Below are positions 1-15,292 of a DNA stretch of 64,000 nucleotides, in pieces. Below the pieces are notes generated by a model that was not told the origin of the DNA, made no database searches, and saw nothing but the letters and a program-made list of their open reading frames with translations. How positions within the stretch are numbered: position 1 is the first letter of the stretch; each line of letters opens with the position of its first letter. The position numbers were made by a program, and so were the translations under genes. The stretch lies in the NCBI RefSeq assembly GCF_009914755.1, contig NC_060932.1; one strand, written 5' to 3'. The stretch is from the human T2T-CHM13v2.0 reference genome, Homo sapiens.

Positions 1-335
1 ACAAACAATGAATGCTTCCTCCCTTCTCCACTGCCTAAATTAATCCCCTCATTGTTTCTCATCCATACCTCTGAAACAACCACTCTCTCCCTGCCACAAA
101 TAATATTAACTAAAATGTCCAACGGGTTTTGTTAATCCCCTGCAAAATAGCTTAATTAGTTACTATGGTACAGGAGATACATTTCAACCTCCTTCTCATC
201 CTTCGATTTTCAGCATACTGCAGTTTTCACTCATCTCCCTAATCTAAATTTGATCCTCCTGTTATCCTTTCTCATTATACTTTGGGTTTTTTTTCCTCAC
301 CCTTCATGCTCACTAGCCAAATTTGTGCTCATAAT

Positions 336-371
336 TGTGTGTGTGTTGTGTGTGTGTGTGGGGGGGGGGGG
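336..371. repeat. (TG)n microsatellite followed by a poly-G run
   Basis: Interrupted TG repeat running directly into a G homopolymer. Confidence 0.9.
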
Positions 372-759
372 TTTATTCAATTATGTTTACAAGGTAATTC
401 TCAAAATATTTAATCAGTATGACGTGGGTACAGAAGAGTCAAAAGTGTTGCTAGGCTGGGGAAGGGCCAGCGGCCAGAGAATTATGGAGCAATTTTAGAG
501 ATTGGAAAAGTGGCTATTTGTCAGTACATGTAAATGTTTCAAAATTCTAACAACTGAAAATTGTTGTGCCCTTAAGTACCAGGTGAATATTATCCCTGGG
601 TTATCTGACTACTCAATTAGACAATATACTAACAAGAACAATTAAGCATTTCTGTTTCATTGGGCATTAGGTAGCCTCAGCCTAGCAAATAATTCTCTGA
701 AGCAAAGTGAGAACACAATAAGCATTTGTTGAATTGATTTAACATGGCATACCAGGCAC

Positions 760-1270
760 TTCATAATCTGGTCTCTGCCTTCTTTACCAGTTTCAAGCAT
801 ATTAGTTCCTGACTAGTACTTTGCTCTTCAACTAGAGATAAAAATATATAGTCCCTTTCAGAAAACATATGCCATATCTCTACATCTTTCCTTGTGTTGT
901 TCTTTTTGGCTGGAATGTCCTTCTCCAGCTAACAATTACACATTCATTAAGACTTAGGTCATGTGCCATCTCATCAGATCAATGTTTCTGTCACGGTTAT
1001 CCCCATTTCTCAAATCAGCCACCAGCCTGCCTTAGCTGTTCCTCCTCTGTTTACCCATAGCATGCTTACAAACGGTAGTTTCCCACATCGTAGTTTATAG
1101 CAGTTTCCACATTCTTCCTGAATAAACTGTTTAATTTTCTAATTCCTTTTCCTGTGATCTCCTAGAGGGCAGGAACCATTGTTTACATAACCTGAACATT
1201 CAGATTCTAGCTCAAGGCTGGATGTATACACACAGTGTAAATAAATAATTGAGCAAATTAGTGAATAATT
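760..1270 (+). mobile_element. Degenerate L2 LINE 3' region
   Basis: L2-like phrases (tggaatgtccttctcc; ctcctagagggcaggaaccattgt; aataaataattgagcaaattagtgaat). Boundaries approximate. Confidence 0.55.
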
Positions 1271-3014
1271 GCCACTTACAAGCAATATAATATAGATCTT
1301 TACCCACAATGAGGTTAGAATTATTTATAGCACATTTCTACAAATTTAGAGATAGTAAGGAGAAGCAAAGGGGTTAAGTAAAAGAGAAAGCAGCATGAAG
1401 TTTCCATACCCCTACACTAAGAACAGCAAACATACTAGATTGAAAGTCAAATTCAATCTACAGCTGAGTTTTATTTAGTCCATACTGTGTTTTAAATGTT
1501 ATAGAATTAAACTACCTTCAAGAAGGCATGGATTTTTTAGTTCACCACTGCACCCACCATCCCATATGATCTCTGTCCAGATATTGATTTCATTTATGTT
1601 ATCTACCATTGAATGAAAGATTTTAATTTGAATTTTAATGGGCAAACTCTGTTACAATAAAATAAATATTATAGAAGATTGAAAAACATTTGTTATATAA
1701 AATATTGCTAAAATAAGCAGTATAATAGATGAAACTTTGATAGTTAGTCTGGTATTTTAGTATAAACCACAGCTTCAGTGAATTTGGAAAATATTCCAGT
1801 TAAATCTCTGTTCGAGTTTCTGCTTCTCAGCAAAAGCCGCTAGGTTGAAATGTTAAGGGTTTATAAAGTTATAAGAGAATACTATTCAAATCCCTCTAAC
1901 TCAGAGACTGGAATCACAGATTTTTAGTGTGTGATGTGCACCATATGTTTGTATACCAAGCACAAAATAAGCACTATCAATCTTCTAACCTATTTGAAAT
2001 ATAATTTATTGAGTTTTCAAATACATTATTTCAAAATGCAAATGTTAGCCTTTGTTAAGTCTAAAGTAGGTAATTAAATCATATGAGTCACCAAAACAGA
2101 AAAAAACACCAAACATGTGTGTTTTAATTATAATCAGCATTGCATTGCAGTGTTAAACAATTAGAGATCGTTATACTATCCTAAAACATCAGTGGGATAG
2201 TGTCAGAAATGATGACTATTCCTTGTTTACAAAAGACTCCGCCTGTGGCATGCTGTGTGCTTTTATAAATCATTTATCTTCTAGCTTTAATCTGTCATGG
2301 TATGAAATATTACAAATGTGATTCTGCATGACAGAATAATGAAATACTAAAAAAGGCTGTATGTAATGACTTCTCCATAAAAAGTTTTCCAGAAAAAGTA
2401 ATGCATCTATATTAATATATATGTATAACTTTTTTCTTTTTATTATTTCAAATATTTTCCCATATCAACATCTTAAAGAGAAGACCAACAATTTTATAGT
2501 GAAACTTTGCAAGAAATGTTTACTCTCTATATGAATATTCAGGCTCATTCAAGGAATTATTTTGTGCCTAAATACCAGCAGGGAAACAAAGTAGAAAGTC
2601 AATTTTCTAGCATTTGTAATGAATTGAAAAATGCAAAGTTATCTTGGAGGTATTTATTACACTTTAATGATAAGAGTGAGAAAGTTAAAACTGACCATCA
2701 CGGATATTCCGATGCATTAAAAAAGAGAAAAGAAGAAAGAAAATTACAGAGAAGAATGTAGCATGCCATTGTTATATAACTAATCTTACTTTTGCAGAAT
2801 AATAAAAGATTCAGAATTTAGGTTAAATTTATAGTTATCTTTGGAATTTAATGAAATTATATGAATCCATGTACTTCTGTAAGCAGATTTTTGGTGCAAC
2901 TTTCCCATACTTTAATTCTCTAGCTTCCAGTAGCATACTCTTTAAATTCAAAAGTAGATTTCACCTATTTTTTAAACTAGGAAGTCCCTTGGGGACAAAA
3001 GTTTTTATTTTATA

Positions 3015-3140
3015 TATCAAGAAAATGAGGACCAGAAAGCTTAAGTAATTTGCTTAAAGTCACATGGCCAATTAGAGGCAAACGACTGCAATCCAGACCT
3101 TTGGATCCCCAGTTCACCTTGTTTCCCACTATTTCGCAGT
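3015..3140 (-). mobile_element. MIR SINE core
   Basis: aagaaaatgaggaccagaaagcttaagtaatttgcttaaagtcacatggc resembles the reverse complement of the MIR core. Confidence 0.7.
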
Positions 3141-3749
3141 AACCGCTCAATCTTCTCTTCAGTTTACAATTGTTACCATCATTGACTTTATGACATTGAA
3201 CCTCATGTCAAAATAATCTTCGGCAGCTTTATGCCACCTGGTATGAAATAGCCTAACAGGACAACTGCAGAACTTATCACATTGGTAAAATGAAGCAAAA
3301 ACTAAAAACAACCATAAATGGGGAAAGTACTAATATGTTGAAATGTCATAACCACTGTTTAAACAAATTGTTGTAAAATGTCTAGCTTCATGTTCCTGCA
3401 CTATATTTTTCAGCTTTCTTCTGAATTATTAAGCATAACTTATTTTCTATAACTGCCTTACAGCAGCAGAAATATGAAACATAAACATCGGCACTTATAC
3501 ACAATGAATGTGAATAGATAACCATCATATGAATCTAATCGATTATTTGACAGTTATTTTGAAAATTCAGCTAATCCCATTCTAGAGCATATTATAGTGA
3601 AATTCTTGCAAGTTGAAAGGAAATAACTTTGCTTAAAATGGAAAGATAATATAATAACAACAGAAAGATATATATGACTATATATATGATACACACGTAT
3701 AAATTACAGCTTATATTAAAACATGTAAAATCATTTTTAATGTTTAACT

Positions 3750-4412
3750 GTTGACAACTTTCAAGCCCCACCACTCCTCCTTCCCCTCTGCCTCATATCT
3801 GGGCAAGCTGATTAGGTCACCTGAGTGCTGCCTCTTTGCCACCAGTGGTAAGTTTAAATCATGCAAGCACTCACCTGTACACAGAAACTCTCACCCCACT
3901 GCTACTCCATAATCACAATAAAACTCCACAGTCAATCTCCCTTCTCTGCTCTCTCACGCATTTTGAAACTGCTTGGCAGTTTGCCTTGCTCTCCCTAGAA
4001 AGTCTCATTTTGTGAGTAACACGGCTTTTCATACTTCCTTGTGCTTGTGTGGTATCAGTCTTGAAATCCAAACCAGGGCTGGGCGCAGTGGCTCCCACCT
4101 GTAATCCCAGCATTTTGGGAGGCCAAGGCCAAGGTGGGCAGATCACAAGGTCAGGAGTTCAAGACTAGCCTGATCAAAGTGGAAAAACCCCATCTCTACT
4201 AAAAATACAAAAATTAGCTGGGTGTGGTGGCACATACCTGTAATCCCAGCTACTCAGCAGGCTGAGACAAGAGAATCACTTGAACCCAAGAGGCAGAGGT
4301 TGCAGTGAGCCGAGGTCATGCCACTGCAATCCAGCCTGGGCAACAGAGTAAGACTCTGTCTCAAAGAAAGAGAAAAAAAGAAGTCCAAACCAACTGCAGA
4401 GTGACTACAACA
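3750..4412 (+). mobile_element. MER54-like ERVL LTR, interrupted by an Alu at 4077-4380
   Basis: cccctctgcctcatatctgggcaagctga...gaaagtctcattttgtgagtaa...tccaaacca[Alu]actgcagagtgactacaaca resembles the MER54 consensus and ends in CA. Confidence 0.7.
4077..4380 (+). mobile_element. AluS
   Basis: Full dimeric Alu with A tail. TSD GAA(A/G)TCCAAACCA. Confidence 0.95.
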
Positions 4413-6440
<2,028 letters not shown>

Positions 6441-6683
6441 CAGTCTTTGAAATGTAGGTGGGGTGAGAGGCAGATCATGTTCAACCAAATGGCCAAGCCA
6501 TGGCTTGAGATCTAATTATATAAATTATACCCTCCAAATTAAATAATATAATCATAAGCACACATGATAATCATATTTCCCTTCTCTAAAATGATAGGCT
6601 TAAAAAATAGGGGTTTCCTTTCTTATAGGCACACAAATAACATAGTAATTTCTGCTAATTTACATTAAAACAACCATCAGTTA

Positions 6684-7100
<417 letters not shown>

Positions 7101-8547
7101 TCAGTATTTAAAAAAGAGTAATAATTGGTTTTAATGCAATTGTACTGTTAAAAAGTGAAGTGTCATATACTTTAAGTAAAAAATACATAAAAGCCTTTAT
7201 TGATCTTCTTAAGTATTCATTCATTACTGAAAATTTCATACTGGGGAAAATAAAATGCCAATAAAATGGTTTACTGATTGAACAAGCAAACAAAAGTAAT
7301 CTAAAAACAATCTGTCCCTAAAATATGGAGAAAATTGGTGGCAATAAATGATTGAATTAAGCATAAAAAGAGGTAACCACAACATAGACTGTGTTGCTGA
7401 ATTGTTAAAAAAAACTCACAGACATAAGACCAAAGAGTAAATGGTCAAATATATGTGTGAATTTTAAGGAAAAATATACACAAAATGAACTGCTATTATT
7501 TTTAACATAAAAGATGAGAATAATTCATTAATACATATCCAAGTCAAAACTACATTAGCATGTATTTAAAAGTCCAGATGCCCAATGGAAAAACATATAT
7601 GTATACATTTAGAGATAGTATGTATGCATCTTATTTTCAATCCATTGTTTTACTTTTTTCTTCTGAATTACAAGAATACCTAAATTCTCAGATTACCATT
7701 TACAGGTTAACAATTTATGCAGAAATGTGAAAGATGTGATATTGCAAAAACAAATCACACTTAATAACCACTATGTAATTACCTAAGTCTATCAGCCCAA
7801 AATAAAATACATTTAGTGAATATAATAAAAATTAATGAAATAGTTGCTACTTATCACTGTTTTAACATAATACTATAATAGAGCTATATTTTTTAAAAAA
7901 TTATAATCTTATAATGTGAGTAATATCCTAAGGAAAGATGTTTCTAGATTAACTGGAATAAAAATACTTCAATGAGAAATAAGAAAGATAGTGGTTGTGA
8001 ATAAGAAATAAACAAAATACATTAAAGTAGAAAAGAAGTTCAAGGCAGTGGCAGCTACTTTTTTAAAAAGCCTCTCCTACAGCAATATGCAAAAGGGTTT
8101 GGTAACTCTGTGTGCCATTTGCACATAGTAGACTAGATTGACAATTACTTCAGATGATTTAGGGATTCATACATTTGAAACATGCAACCAAGAGACTGTG
8201 CCAATAATAAAAGATAGGTGAGAAGGCAGATTACTGGGGCAAATGTAAGGTTTTTATGCCCATTTTGAACATACCAAGTGTGAAAACTAGTCGGGAAAGA
8301 ATAAGCTCTGTACACTAACAAATATGTCTTCGGGGTGTGTCTTCTAGGAGGTAGAGCTATCTGGAATGCTAAACATGAAATTAAGTCACCATCGACTATA
8401 CTGGATATCCTCAGGATGTTTTACATGTTGGAATTTTCCAAGAAATCTGAATGTCAGTTTGCAGTCCACACAGCTGATGCGTGCTTTATACAGCAACTTA
8501 TATTAAGATTTTCTACATAAAATTATGTATATATATAGTTCACCCTT

Positions 8548-9005
8548 TATAGTGGATTGAATAGTGTTCCCCAAAATTTATGTTCACCAAGAAGCCCGGA
8601 ATGTCACCATATCTGGAAACAGGGATTTTGCAGATGTGATTAGTTAAGGATCAAGATGATATCATATTGGAGTAGAGTGGGCCCTAAATCCAATAGGTGG
8701 TGTCATTATAAGAGCAAGAAAAAACAGACAGACACACAGAAACAGACAGTTAGGAGAAACGGTCTTGTGAAGATGACGTCAGAGATTGGAGTAAACCAGC
8801 TATAAGCCCAGGAACCTCAAGGCTTGCTGGGAGTCACCAGAAACTAGGAAGAAGCAATGAAGGATGCTTCTCTAGAGCCGCCAGAGGAAGTGTGGCATTA
8901 CTGACACATTGATTTCAGGCATCCAGTCTCTAGAACTGTGAGAGAATAAAATGAAGCCACTAAGCCTGTGATACTTTGTTATAGTAGCCTTAGGACATGA
9001 ATACA
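8548..9005 (+). mobile_element. MLT1 (B/C-like) MaLR solo LTR
   Basis: agtggattgaatagtgttccccaaaatttatg...tttgcagatgtgattagttaagg...agaactgtgagagaataaa...aataca. Confidence 0.85.
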
Positions 9006-10076
9006 TCCTCTTTTACAGATAATTCCTAGAAAGTAAGAAGAGGATGACTGAAGAGAGATAGAGGTGGGAGAATAGGAAGGAATGATAATTCCAACAATAT
9101 TTCATGTGAATATTTCAATATTTCATGTGAAATTAATCCAGATATTTTGTTGCTAATTGCAAATTATTTCTTCTGAATTATAAAGAGGTCTTCCCTCTGT
9201 TTTTAAAATTTCATCTCCTCCAATTGCCTAAAGTATTTTTTTTTTTTTTTTTTTTTTACCAATTGATCCACCTCATATCTTCAGCTTTGTCTTCTCTACT
9301 GTGTCTTTCTCTTTGGGCTTTAAAATAAATACCCCAGTATCTGCTGGAGTAAGAGAAAATAAACAAAAACCAAACATTACCTGCTGATTTATACTCTACT
9401 TTGACTGTCATCCTATATATTTATGTTTCTTCTCAGCCAGGATTGTTAAAATAGAAATCTACACATTTATTCCCAAATTTTACTAATTCCTCCCTCCCCG
9501 AAATCTTATTTGGACTCCTATACTCTAGGTATAATACATATTAACAAAAAATTTTCCCTCTGACAATGTTAACAGTTCTCTTACATTCTAAAGCATGTTA
9601 TCTATACGAAATGAAAAGTAAAATAAAATTGGTCTTCCATGTTTCTGACACTTAAATATAATTCATAAAGTCTTAGGCAACTAAACCATAAGAAAAAACA
9701 ACTGGTGATTAAGCATTGAAAAATGAAGAAAAATTAAATATATTTTATTGATAGATAAGTAGGATTTTTTAAATCCAAAAAGCCAAATGTATTAGTCTTA
9801 TATGTAGAATAAGGAGAGTAAAATATTAATAAATTCTATCTAATTGATCCAGAACTGTTATTTTTCTGAGAGTAATAAAACAAGTAGAATCCTGCAGGAT
9901 GAATATTTCCAAAATCTGACCCCAATACCTGAATTCAAATGAAATTCAGTGATGCTCATGAAAACATTATGAATTGACATTTGTCTTATTTATAAAAACT
10001 AAAAGATGGCAATTGACTGACAAAGAGTATTTACTCAATCAACCAGTAAAGCGAAGTAATATTATGCACATATTTA

Positions 10077-10130
10077 TTAGGTTGGTGTAAAAGTAATTGT
10101 GGTTTTTGCCATTAAAAGTAATGGCAAAAA
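10077..10130. mobile_element. Partial MADE1 (Hsmar1 MITE)
   Basis: ttaggttggtgtaaaagtaattgtggtttttgccattaaaagtaatggcaaaaa. The right TIR is truncated. Confidence 0.85.
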
Positions 10131-10476
10131 TAACTTACAGGCATTTAATTCTACACCAGGCAAAAAAAAAAAAAAAAAAAAAAGTAATTTGGTACCACAT
10201 GACCTGTAAGAAACACAAGTAGTTCATGTGGAATTATCTGAAAACTGTCATCTGTTCTTACATTGAAGGAATAAAAATGTTCTGTTAGACTATTTCAGAG
10301 ACAATATGGCATATGTAAAATCATGTAGATGATCTTTCATGGGTGATTTAATTTATTTTCATGTGTAATGTTGGTTATATGTGATTTTCTTTTTACATAA
10401 GGATGTTAGAGCCTTAACCCCTATGTAAAATGCAATCCAATGAATGCACTGAGTGTATTTGACAGACGTGCTAAAT

Positions 10477-10798
10477 CAGTGGTTCCCAACCTTTTTGGCA
10501 CGAGGGACAGGTTTTGTGAAAGACAATCTTCCCATGGGATGGTTTCAGGATGATCCACTTCAGATCATCAGGCATTAGTTAGGTTCTGATAAGGAGCGCA
10601 CAACCTAGATCCCTCACATGTACAGTTCACAACAGGGTTTGCACTCCTATGGGAATCTAACGCCACAGCTTATCTGACAGGAGGTGGAGCTCAGGCAGTA
10701 ATGATAGCTCACCTGCCACTCACTTCCTGCTGTGCGGCCCAGTTCCTAACAGGCCAAGGACCAGTACCAGTCCATAGCCCAGGGGTTAGGAATCCCTG
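10477..10798 (+). mobile_element. MER1B hAT-Charlie MITE
   Basis: cagtggttcccaacctttttggcac...ggggttaggaatccctg. 8-bp TSD TGCTAAAT/TGCTAAAC. Confidence 0.88.
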
Positions 10799-11389
10799 TG
10801 CTAAACGATGTAAAAGTCATGTTCTAAGAGCATCTGTATATGAAACATATAGAAGAAGGAATGATCATAATTTGGGATAAATGACAGAAAAAGAAAAAAA
10901 TGTGAGAAGTGATATGTGATGAAGTAATACTGAAAAGTAATAAATATAGCTCAACGTGGCAACAGAAAAAAATTATGGCAAAGTGAGAATGAGAGGAAGC
11001 AGAAGCAAAATAGAAATCTGATTTGTAGAGATCCAGTAACTACTGCTTGACCATCTGTCATCAAAGAGGTAAAGGAAGGTAATACGAAGAAGTCAACAGT
11101 CAGTATTTGTTTACTACCATTATCCTACTCCCAGAAAATTGTACGGGATCATTAGATGATTGAATAGTCACTGGGATATAAAACCCAAAATATTTGTTTT
11201 CATGCTTTAACTAAATAACACAAATAATTGTTTTATTTTAACCATGCTATTTTTAAGACCTTAGTTCAATCCAATAATGCATGTCATTTAATTTAACCTT
11301 TTTCGGGGGTGGAAGAGGGGATAGGGGAAGTTTTATATGAATGTGAACATAAAGAAGAATGTGTATATGTGTACTTGTGTATGCATGTG

Positions 11390-11800
11390 ACTTACTATGT
11401 TATTACGCCAATCACTCACATACATCAAATTATTATAAAATAACCACATAAGGTAGGTATTTATCATTGCTACTTTAGAGATGTGTAGGGTTCAGGCTGA
11501 CAATGGGACTTGTCCAATGAAAATAGCAAGTAAGTTAAGTTGAGCCTGAACCCAGAAATCTGACTTGAAAGCTGGCATTCGTTAACCCAATGATATTAAG
11601 CATGAAGTATGTTAGACATACTTCACATGTATATATATGTATATAATATATATATCTCATTTACTGCTCACATCTCTAATCTATAAACAAAATGATACCA
11701 AATTTACAAATAAAGAGGCAGTCTCAAAGAGATTACGTAACTTGTCCAAGGGCAGATAGCTAACATGTGACAAGGCTGAAATTAGAATACAGGTGCTTAA
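11390..11800 (-). mobile_element. Two adjacent MIR fragments
   Basis: aaggtaggtatttatcattgctactttagagatg; atctcatttactgctcac...gtaacttgtccaagggcagatagctaac. Confidence 0.65.
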
Positions 11801-13591
11801 ATATATATGTAACTTAAAATGAAGAATGATGCAACATTTGTAAAATAAAATTAGTTTTTTACTAATAAATCAAAGTACACTTTGTTTTGTCCACAAAAAA
11901 AACAAGAAGATTCATTTAAAAAAAACAGTTTTAAAAACCAACTATTATTGGCTCAACGTAGCAGTTTTTTTATATTAAGAGGATTAAATTCAACTTATAT
12001 TAACCCTACAAAACTATAGATTTCATTCTTTAGGAATCTGTTAATTTACTTTTATTTCAATTAGTACTTTTTCTTTCTCTTTTTGAGCATACATAGGCTA
12101 CAGTAATACATCTCCAGGATGACCAGCATGTCTATTTGTCAGGACATTAAATGGCTAATTTTCCTCTTTCTCATTCATTTGGCCACATGGCCTCCCAAGA
12201 ACAGAGTATAATACGATAAATTAATGGCTTCCGAAGAGGACTCAGAGAGCCATGAAGTTTTCTGGATAATCATTGTTAGGATTCTGTCAGCAACCATGTA
12301 ACATTTTTTTGCATCTGGGGAGCATAAAACTCTCTAGCAAAGGAAGGACTCAAAAGGCAAAAAATAAACACAGTTAAGTGAATGATATTTTTCTTTCTAA
12401 ACTGTCGTTTTCTTCACTATCAAAGACCTAACCTTTGATTCAACCGATCAATATGTTAGGGGAAAGAAATACTTTGTAGAGTACAAAAACAGACACTTTG
12501 CTAATGCTGGCATCATCACTCTATTTCAATGTTAAAATAAAAGGTTTAGTACTACATTTCTGATGACAGTACTCTCAAATAAGTTGAAGATCTTGGACTT
12601 GTTTCAGAAGGATGAAAAGGAGGATATATAGGTAGTATCTGGTTATAAGAAATTGGACTGGAAGCATCAGCTTATTTTATATCTCAGCAGCAGAAATGTT
12701 AAGTCAAGATGCTATTCAGCTATCTCTAATGATAAAATCCATGTCCTTCTGCTGATATACTGAGTCATCCAGGCCCAGACATTCCTCATAGTTATAACAA
12801 ATCCTTTACTATGTAACACAATGCTGTAAATCTAAATTTTAGAAGTCTGTGAACTTTCAGCCTCTCTCTCACACTTTACTGCTCTCTAAATTTCCCTTGC
12901 CTATCCATCTGTGAACAGAACTTAATCTAGGTTAGCTCCAGCTGGATCTCAGAACCAAAACCTTTAAAAGCCAGATAAGTGACTTCTAAGACGTGTGATC
13001 AGAAAGATGTGAAGGCAGCAAAGGACACATTGTCTTCTTAGTGCCAATGCAGAACAGATTGTCAGGTTGACAAGATGAGCTGAAATGTCCTTTGCTGTCT
13101 TTTTATATTTATTGCTGCCCCAGAAACTAGATGCTTAAAACCAAAAACTCTTCTTTCTGGAAATGTGTTAATAAACTATAAAATTGATATGATTGCTTTG
13201 TAAATACTTTTGTTACTATTGTAATAGTTCAATATTTGACTTAATACATATTTTACAGAGCAGCCTTGGCTTTATGCTCTGGTAATTTCCCATTTTATAA
13301 AATTCCAATATGAAGGCACTTGCAAGGTTACTGATATACTCATTTTTAAAAATTAAAAACAATCCTGTTTTCATTTTTGTATTGTTGTTCACCTGTGTAC
13401 TTGACTGTAAATTCAGATTGAGTAAGATGACCTCAAAATTGTATTATTACAAAATCACTATCTAAAAAGAATTGCATAGTAAAATACTTTATGGATAGCA
13501 CGTATTTTCATTTAAAATTTTTGAATAGCATGTAGTGAAAAATAAAGCATGTCTGGATGAAATACTACATAATGAGTCGAATCTTACTTAC

Positions 13592-13708
13592 CAAACTCCT
13601 TTGGAACTGCTATAGAATAAACACAATTATGTCCCACACTGTAATTTTTTGGATAGTTTGGTGATAGAACAGTGCCTTCTGAACCTGTTGAACGACTTCC
13701 ACAGGGCG
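13592..13708 (-). CDS. CSMD3: CSMD3 internal coding exon E, N-terminal part of the next CUB domain
   Basis: ttttttcctag|CG CCC TGT GGA...GAG TTT G|gtaagt. 117 nt, phase 1-1. Encodes (A)PCGSRSTGSEGTVLSPNYPKNYSVGHNCVYSIAVPKEF. In frame with exon D. I did not find the next exon in 1-13591. Confidence 0.95.
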
Positions 13709-15110
13709 CTAGGAAAAAATGGCAAAAATATCATTTTTAGAAAAAAGTTTTAAAAAATTCATACCATGGTTATCTTCTTCATATAAAAAATATATGGCTA
13801 ATGGAATTTAAGGTGTATAATTTATTTGCATCTTATAATAAGATCCTCTAGTGTTAAATATTTGAAAAATAAAAAAGTGTACAAACAAAACTTTATAAGT
13901 ATTCAAATTTACTGTTCTCAGAAACAAAGTATGTAATATAATGTTATAATGGTGTTACCTAGAAATATAATGGTGGCCCACCTTTCATTTGTGATGAGTG
14001 TGAAATTAATCATTTTTATAATAATGATAAAATACATATGCAAGTGGGAAATTGTTTTACTTGCTGGCAGGCTTTGGAATTCTACTCAGATTCAACACTG
14101 ATTATGTGTGAGACATGGATGGCTGTACAAATACATTCACCCACTCATCTAAGTATTCTATTTTCTCATCAATCTTTATCTGCATATATAATTTACTTTG
14201 AAATCACAGGAGTTGTTGATTGTGCCTTGAGGCAGACTTATTGGCTACCTCAGGCCCAATGTGGTATGTTAAAAAAAAGATGAGGGTGAAAACAATGTTT
14301 CTGATAAACTGTATATGGGGGTCCTGTTATTCACAAGACAGGGGATGCATTAGGATTCATAGTTCTAGAACTCAAGAGAGACCTGAGATAAATGGAGATT
14401 TAGTACCGAAAGCATACGGATGGTAACTGGTATTCTTTAAGCGAATAAGATCACTCTGAAAAGTATGTAGAATGAGAAAAGATGGGCAAAGAGGAGGTTC
14501 TAGGAGACACCAAAGGTTTAAAATCAGATAAAGATTGGGTAGCTACAGAGAAATTATTATCCTGGGGGTCAAGGGAGAAGAGTTTCAATGAAAAACAAGT
14601 GTTCAAAGAGGTAAATGTTGCAAAGTGATTAATAAATGCAAAAGAAGTCTGGGTTGACTTGGCAATCTGGAGTGTAAGAGTGGAGTTTTTCTGCCCCAGG
14701 TGTAAGTTTGCAGGAAGAGGGATTTTTTTTTTTTTTTTTTTTTTAACACCTTGCCATCTGGCCCTGCTCCTTCACCCTTGGAGTCAGAATGAGTTTCCTG
14801 ATTGGTGAGCCCTGGACAGGAACTTGTACCTTTTTTCAGATTAGGAGCCATCCTTCTTGCAGAGCACACTGTCTGGTGTGCTCTTCTACACTGTAGGTTT
14901 TTTAGGGCGCCTTCTGAGGGTAGGGCTGAGCCTGTTGCCGACAGCTAGTAGGAAGCCTGTTGTCACTGCCACTCATATTTCATCAGTATTAAAGCTGATC
15001 GTTTGATTTCCTTTGAAGTTTTGCAGGAAGGACAGAGTACAATTTATTATTCCCCTCAAACACCAAAAGGAGGTTTTTTGGTGCTATTAATAGAGTAGTT
15101 TCAACTGGAG

Positions 15111-15292
15111 CAGCTCTCTGCAAGTTATAGCCAGCAGGCCAAATCCAGCCTGTGGACCAAGAAAGGTTTTTATATTTTTAAAGAGTTACAAACAAAACAA
15201 AAACTACAGAAGAATATTCAACAAAGATATATGTGGCCAGCAAAGCCCAAAATAGTATCTGGTCCTTTACAGAAGAAGTTTGCCAACCCCCG
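15111..15292. mobile_element. MER58 hAT-Charlie MITE, inserted in an L2 remnant
   Basis: ggccaaatccagcc...tatctggtcctttacagaagaagtttgccaacccc. 8-bp TSD AACTGGAG/AACTAGAG. Confidence 0.85.

Noticed and set aside
9095-9135. Short local duplications (caatatttcatgtgaa twice; also catgtcctag twice near 19521-19542 and tggatcattctca twice near 62089-62135)
   Set aside because: Ordinary slippage duplications with no further signal.
14603-14869. 88-aa ORF containing SKGEGAG and poly-Lys, reminiscent of an HMGN C-terminus
   Set aside because: It has no HMGN RRSARLSA core, and the poly-Lys is just the A22 tract. The insert itself is kept as a finding.
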